Source of the DNA: Candidatus Krumholzibacteriota bacterium
GTDB lineage: Bacteria; Krumholzibacteriota; Krumholzibacteriia; JAJRXK01
Assembly (NCBI GenBank): GCA_963727455.1
Contig: CAVSGG010000005.1
Coordinates: 224,001-288,000 of the forward strand
DNA length: 64,000 nucleotides
Reading direction: 5' to 3'
Shown here piece by piece: positions 62,263 through 64,000 of this stretch; position 1 is the stretch's first letter; the number at the start of each line of letters is the position of its first letter. The position numbers and the translations under genes are program-made. The notes beneath the pieces were generated by a model. That model was given only the letters and a program-made list of their open reading frames with translations, searched no databases and was not told the origin of the DNA.

Positions 62263-62379
62263 TGGCACCATCGAAGGAGGAGTACGCAACCAGCCCGCGA
62301 AATTGACGGATAGCGCTTGAATTATAAGGCCTTCTGGCAGACCTTGAAAGAGCCCCACTCACGCCGGGAGCCGGAAGAA

Positions 62380-63069
62380 ATGTCGCGGACGTTCATCTAC
62401 GCTTTATATACGCAATTTCTTCTCTTTTTGCTTGGGTGCGGAGGGGGATCCCCTCCGAAGCTCGAGATCACCCATGTCGATCCCGAGTACGAGGAAGCCC
62501 TTCGGGTCGGCTTTTCGATCGCGCCGGTGGATCGCAGCGAGCCGATCTATGGTGGGGCGGAGGCGCTCGCCGAGTTCAACAACGAACTCTACTCCTCGCT
62601 CCTGACCTTCACCGAGGGAGTGGAGATCACCGAGCCCGGCGTGGTGCTCAAGCGCGTCAAGCACGGGGGAGACGAGGCCATGGGGCTCTTCCGCCAGTTC
62701 CAGCGCGATCGGATCAACGATGTTCCACTATCGACCGGGGACTGCGCGCGCATCTTCCCCATCGTGCTCCAACGCTTTCTATTTTTGCCCTGGGTCGAGG
62801 AGCACGAGGATACGGGGGTGGAGGATACGGTTTCGGGAGAGTACACGACCAAAATCGATTTTGCCGCCGATCTCAACAACGTCAGTTTCAAGCAGTATGA
62901 AGGACAACTCATCGGAGAGATGGTCGATCTCGTCAAAGGGAAGATCGTGTGGAAGGGAGTGGCTCGCTACAAGACGGGCAAGATCTTCATCGGGAACCGC
63001 CCGGAGGATCTCTGGAACCGTCGGACCCAGGCGGCGACCGATCTCGCGCGCCTACTCAGCCTCGATTGA
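62380..63069 (+). CDS. Hypothetical lipoprotein
   Basis: Lipobox LLGC; C-terminal MVDLVKGKIVWKG resembles CsgG/LpoB/DUF4136-like folds. Confidence 0.72.
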   Translation: MSRTFIYALYTQFLLFLLGCGGGSPPKLEITHVDPEYEEALRVGFSIAPVDRSEPIYGGAEALAEFNNELYSSLLTFTEGVEITEPGVVLKRVKHGGDEAMGLFRQFQRDRINDVPLSTGDCARIFPIVLQRFLFLPWVEEHEDTGVEDTVSGEYTTKIDFAADLNNVSFKQYEGQLIGEMVDLVKGKIVWKGVARYKTGKIFIGNRPEDLWNRRTQAATDLARLLSLD

Positions 63070-63184
63070 CCCCCTTTCGCAGCCTGTGCTAGTTTCTCCG
63101 TTTCCGATCCCAAACGACATCTGGAGGGGCTGTTTTCGCCCCGAATTTTCTTCAGCGCCGCTCCCGCGGCCTGGACGGTGAGCG

Positions 63185-64000
63185 ATGGACAAGCATTTCG
63201 ACCCACGGGGCCTCGAGCAGAAGTGGTATGAGCGCTGGGAAGGGGCGGGGCTCTTCAAGCCGGAGAACCACGGTAGCGGCGCGCCGTATGTCATCACTCT
63301 GCCGCCTCCCAACGTCACTGGCGTGCTGCACATCGGGCACTGTCTGGGCAATTCGGTGCAGGATTGTCTCGTTCGCTACTACCGGATGAAAGGCCGTCCG
63401 TCCTTGTGGATCCCCGGGGCGGATCACGCGTCCATCGCGACCGAAAACAAGGTCGCCGAGGAACTTGCGAAGGAGGGACTCTCGAGAGAGAACTTGGGCC
63501 GACAGAAGTTTCTCGAACGCGCCTGGGACTGGTCGCAACGTCACCACGATCACATCGTGCTGCAGCTCAAACGCTTCGGAGGCAGTCTGGATTGGGACCG
63601 CGAAGCCTTTACCTTGGACGAGCCACGCAGCCGCGCGGTGACGGAGGCCTTCGTTCGACTCTACGAGAAGGGTCTCATCTATCGCGGTGATTACATGGTC
63701 AACTGGTCGGTGGCCCAGCAGAGCGCGGTGAGCGACGAGGAGGTGGAATACCGCGAAGTCGAAGGGAAGCTGTGGCACTTTCGCTATCCCCTTCAAGGCG
63801 GCGGGTTCCTCACCATTGCAACGACCCGTCCGGAGACCATGTTGGGCGATACCGCGGTAGCGATTCATCCCGACAATCCCAAGACGGCCCACCTGAAGGG
63901 AAAGACGGTCCTTTTGCCGCTGGTGAATCGGGAGATTCCCGTCATCGAAGACGACTACGTCGACCCGGAGTTCGGTTCAGGTTGCGTGAAGATCACGCCC
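63185..64000 (+). CDS. valS: Valine--tRNA ligase, 3'-truncated by window edge
   Basis: Translated by hand: MDKHFDP...PPPNVTGVLHIGH, PGADHASIATE, IATTRPETMLGDTAV, DPEFGSGCVKITP. Confidence 0.95.
   Translation, partial: MDKHFDPRGLEQKWYERWEGAGLFKPENHGSGAPYVITLPPPNVTGVLHIGHCLGNSVQDCLVRYYRMKGRPSLWIPGADHASIATENKVAEELAKEGLSRENLGRQKFLERAWDWSQRHHDHIVLQLKRFGGSLDWDREAFTLDEPRSRAVTEAFVRLYEKGLIYRGDYMVNWSVAQQSAVSDEEVEYREVEGKLWHFRYPLQGGGFLTIATTRPETMLGDTAVAIHPDNPKTAHLKGKTVLLPLVNREIPVIEDDYVDPEFGSGCVKITP

Noticed and set aside
1-64000. CRISPR array, tRNA/rRNA, IS element, integrase or prophage
   Set aside because: No regularly spaced repeats, RNA-gene signatures or transposase/phage motifs were seen by eye; not confirmed computationally.

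Overview
GC-rich bacterial chromosomal segment. The FlgD/T9SS-like 'QNYPNPFNP' C-terminal domain, DUF4402 pilins and a Myxococcus-like MglA suggest an FCB-group candidate lineage (Gemmatimonadota/Krumholzibacteriota/Latescibacterota-like); this is an inference. 1-12 kb is the dcw cluster (murE-murF-mraY-murD-ftsW-murG-murC-ftsQ-ftsA-ftsZ). It is followed by TPR proteins, a radical SAM enzyme and recG. Next come a zinc-ribbon/RomX-like protein with an orphan long-tailed MglA GTPase, trpA-uppP-moeA, an SPFH plus three Zn-ribbon operon, and a PAS-sigma54 activator ahead of an MMPL-LolA-like fusion/OM barrel/DUF2892 operon. The rest holds three peptidases, a DUF4402 chaperone-usher pilus operon, yigZ, GT4, Gfo/Idh/MocA, a PDZ-TM-GAF-PP2C sensor, a large M36/M4-like protease and the start of valS. 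Seven correctly oriented sigma54 (-24/-12) promoter candidates were read directly from the sequence. One precedes an unannotated 22-aa peptide gene with its own RBS and terminator. Genes from about 48.6 to 62.2 kb carry many frameshifts that look like long-read indel errors. No rRNA, tRNA, CRISPR or mobile element was recognised. All family assignments are from motif recognition, not database searches.
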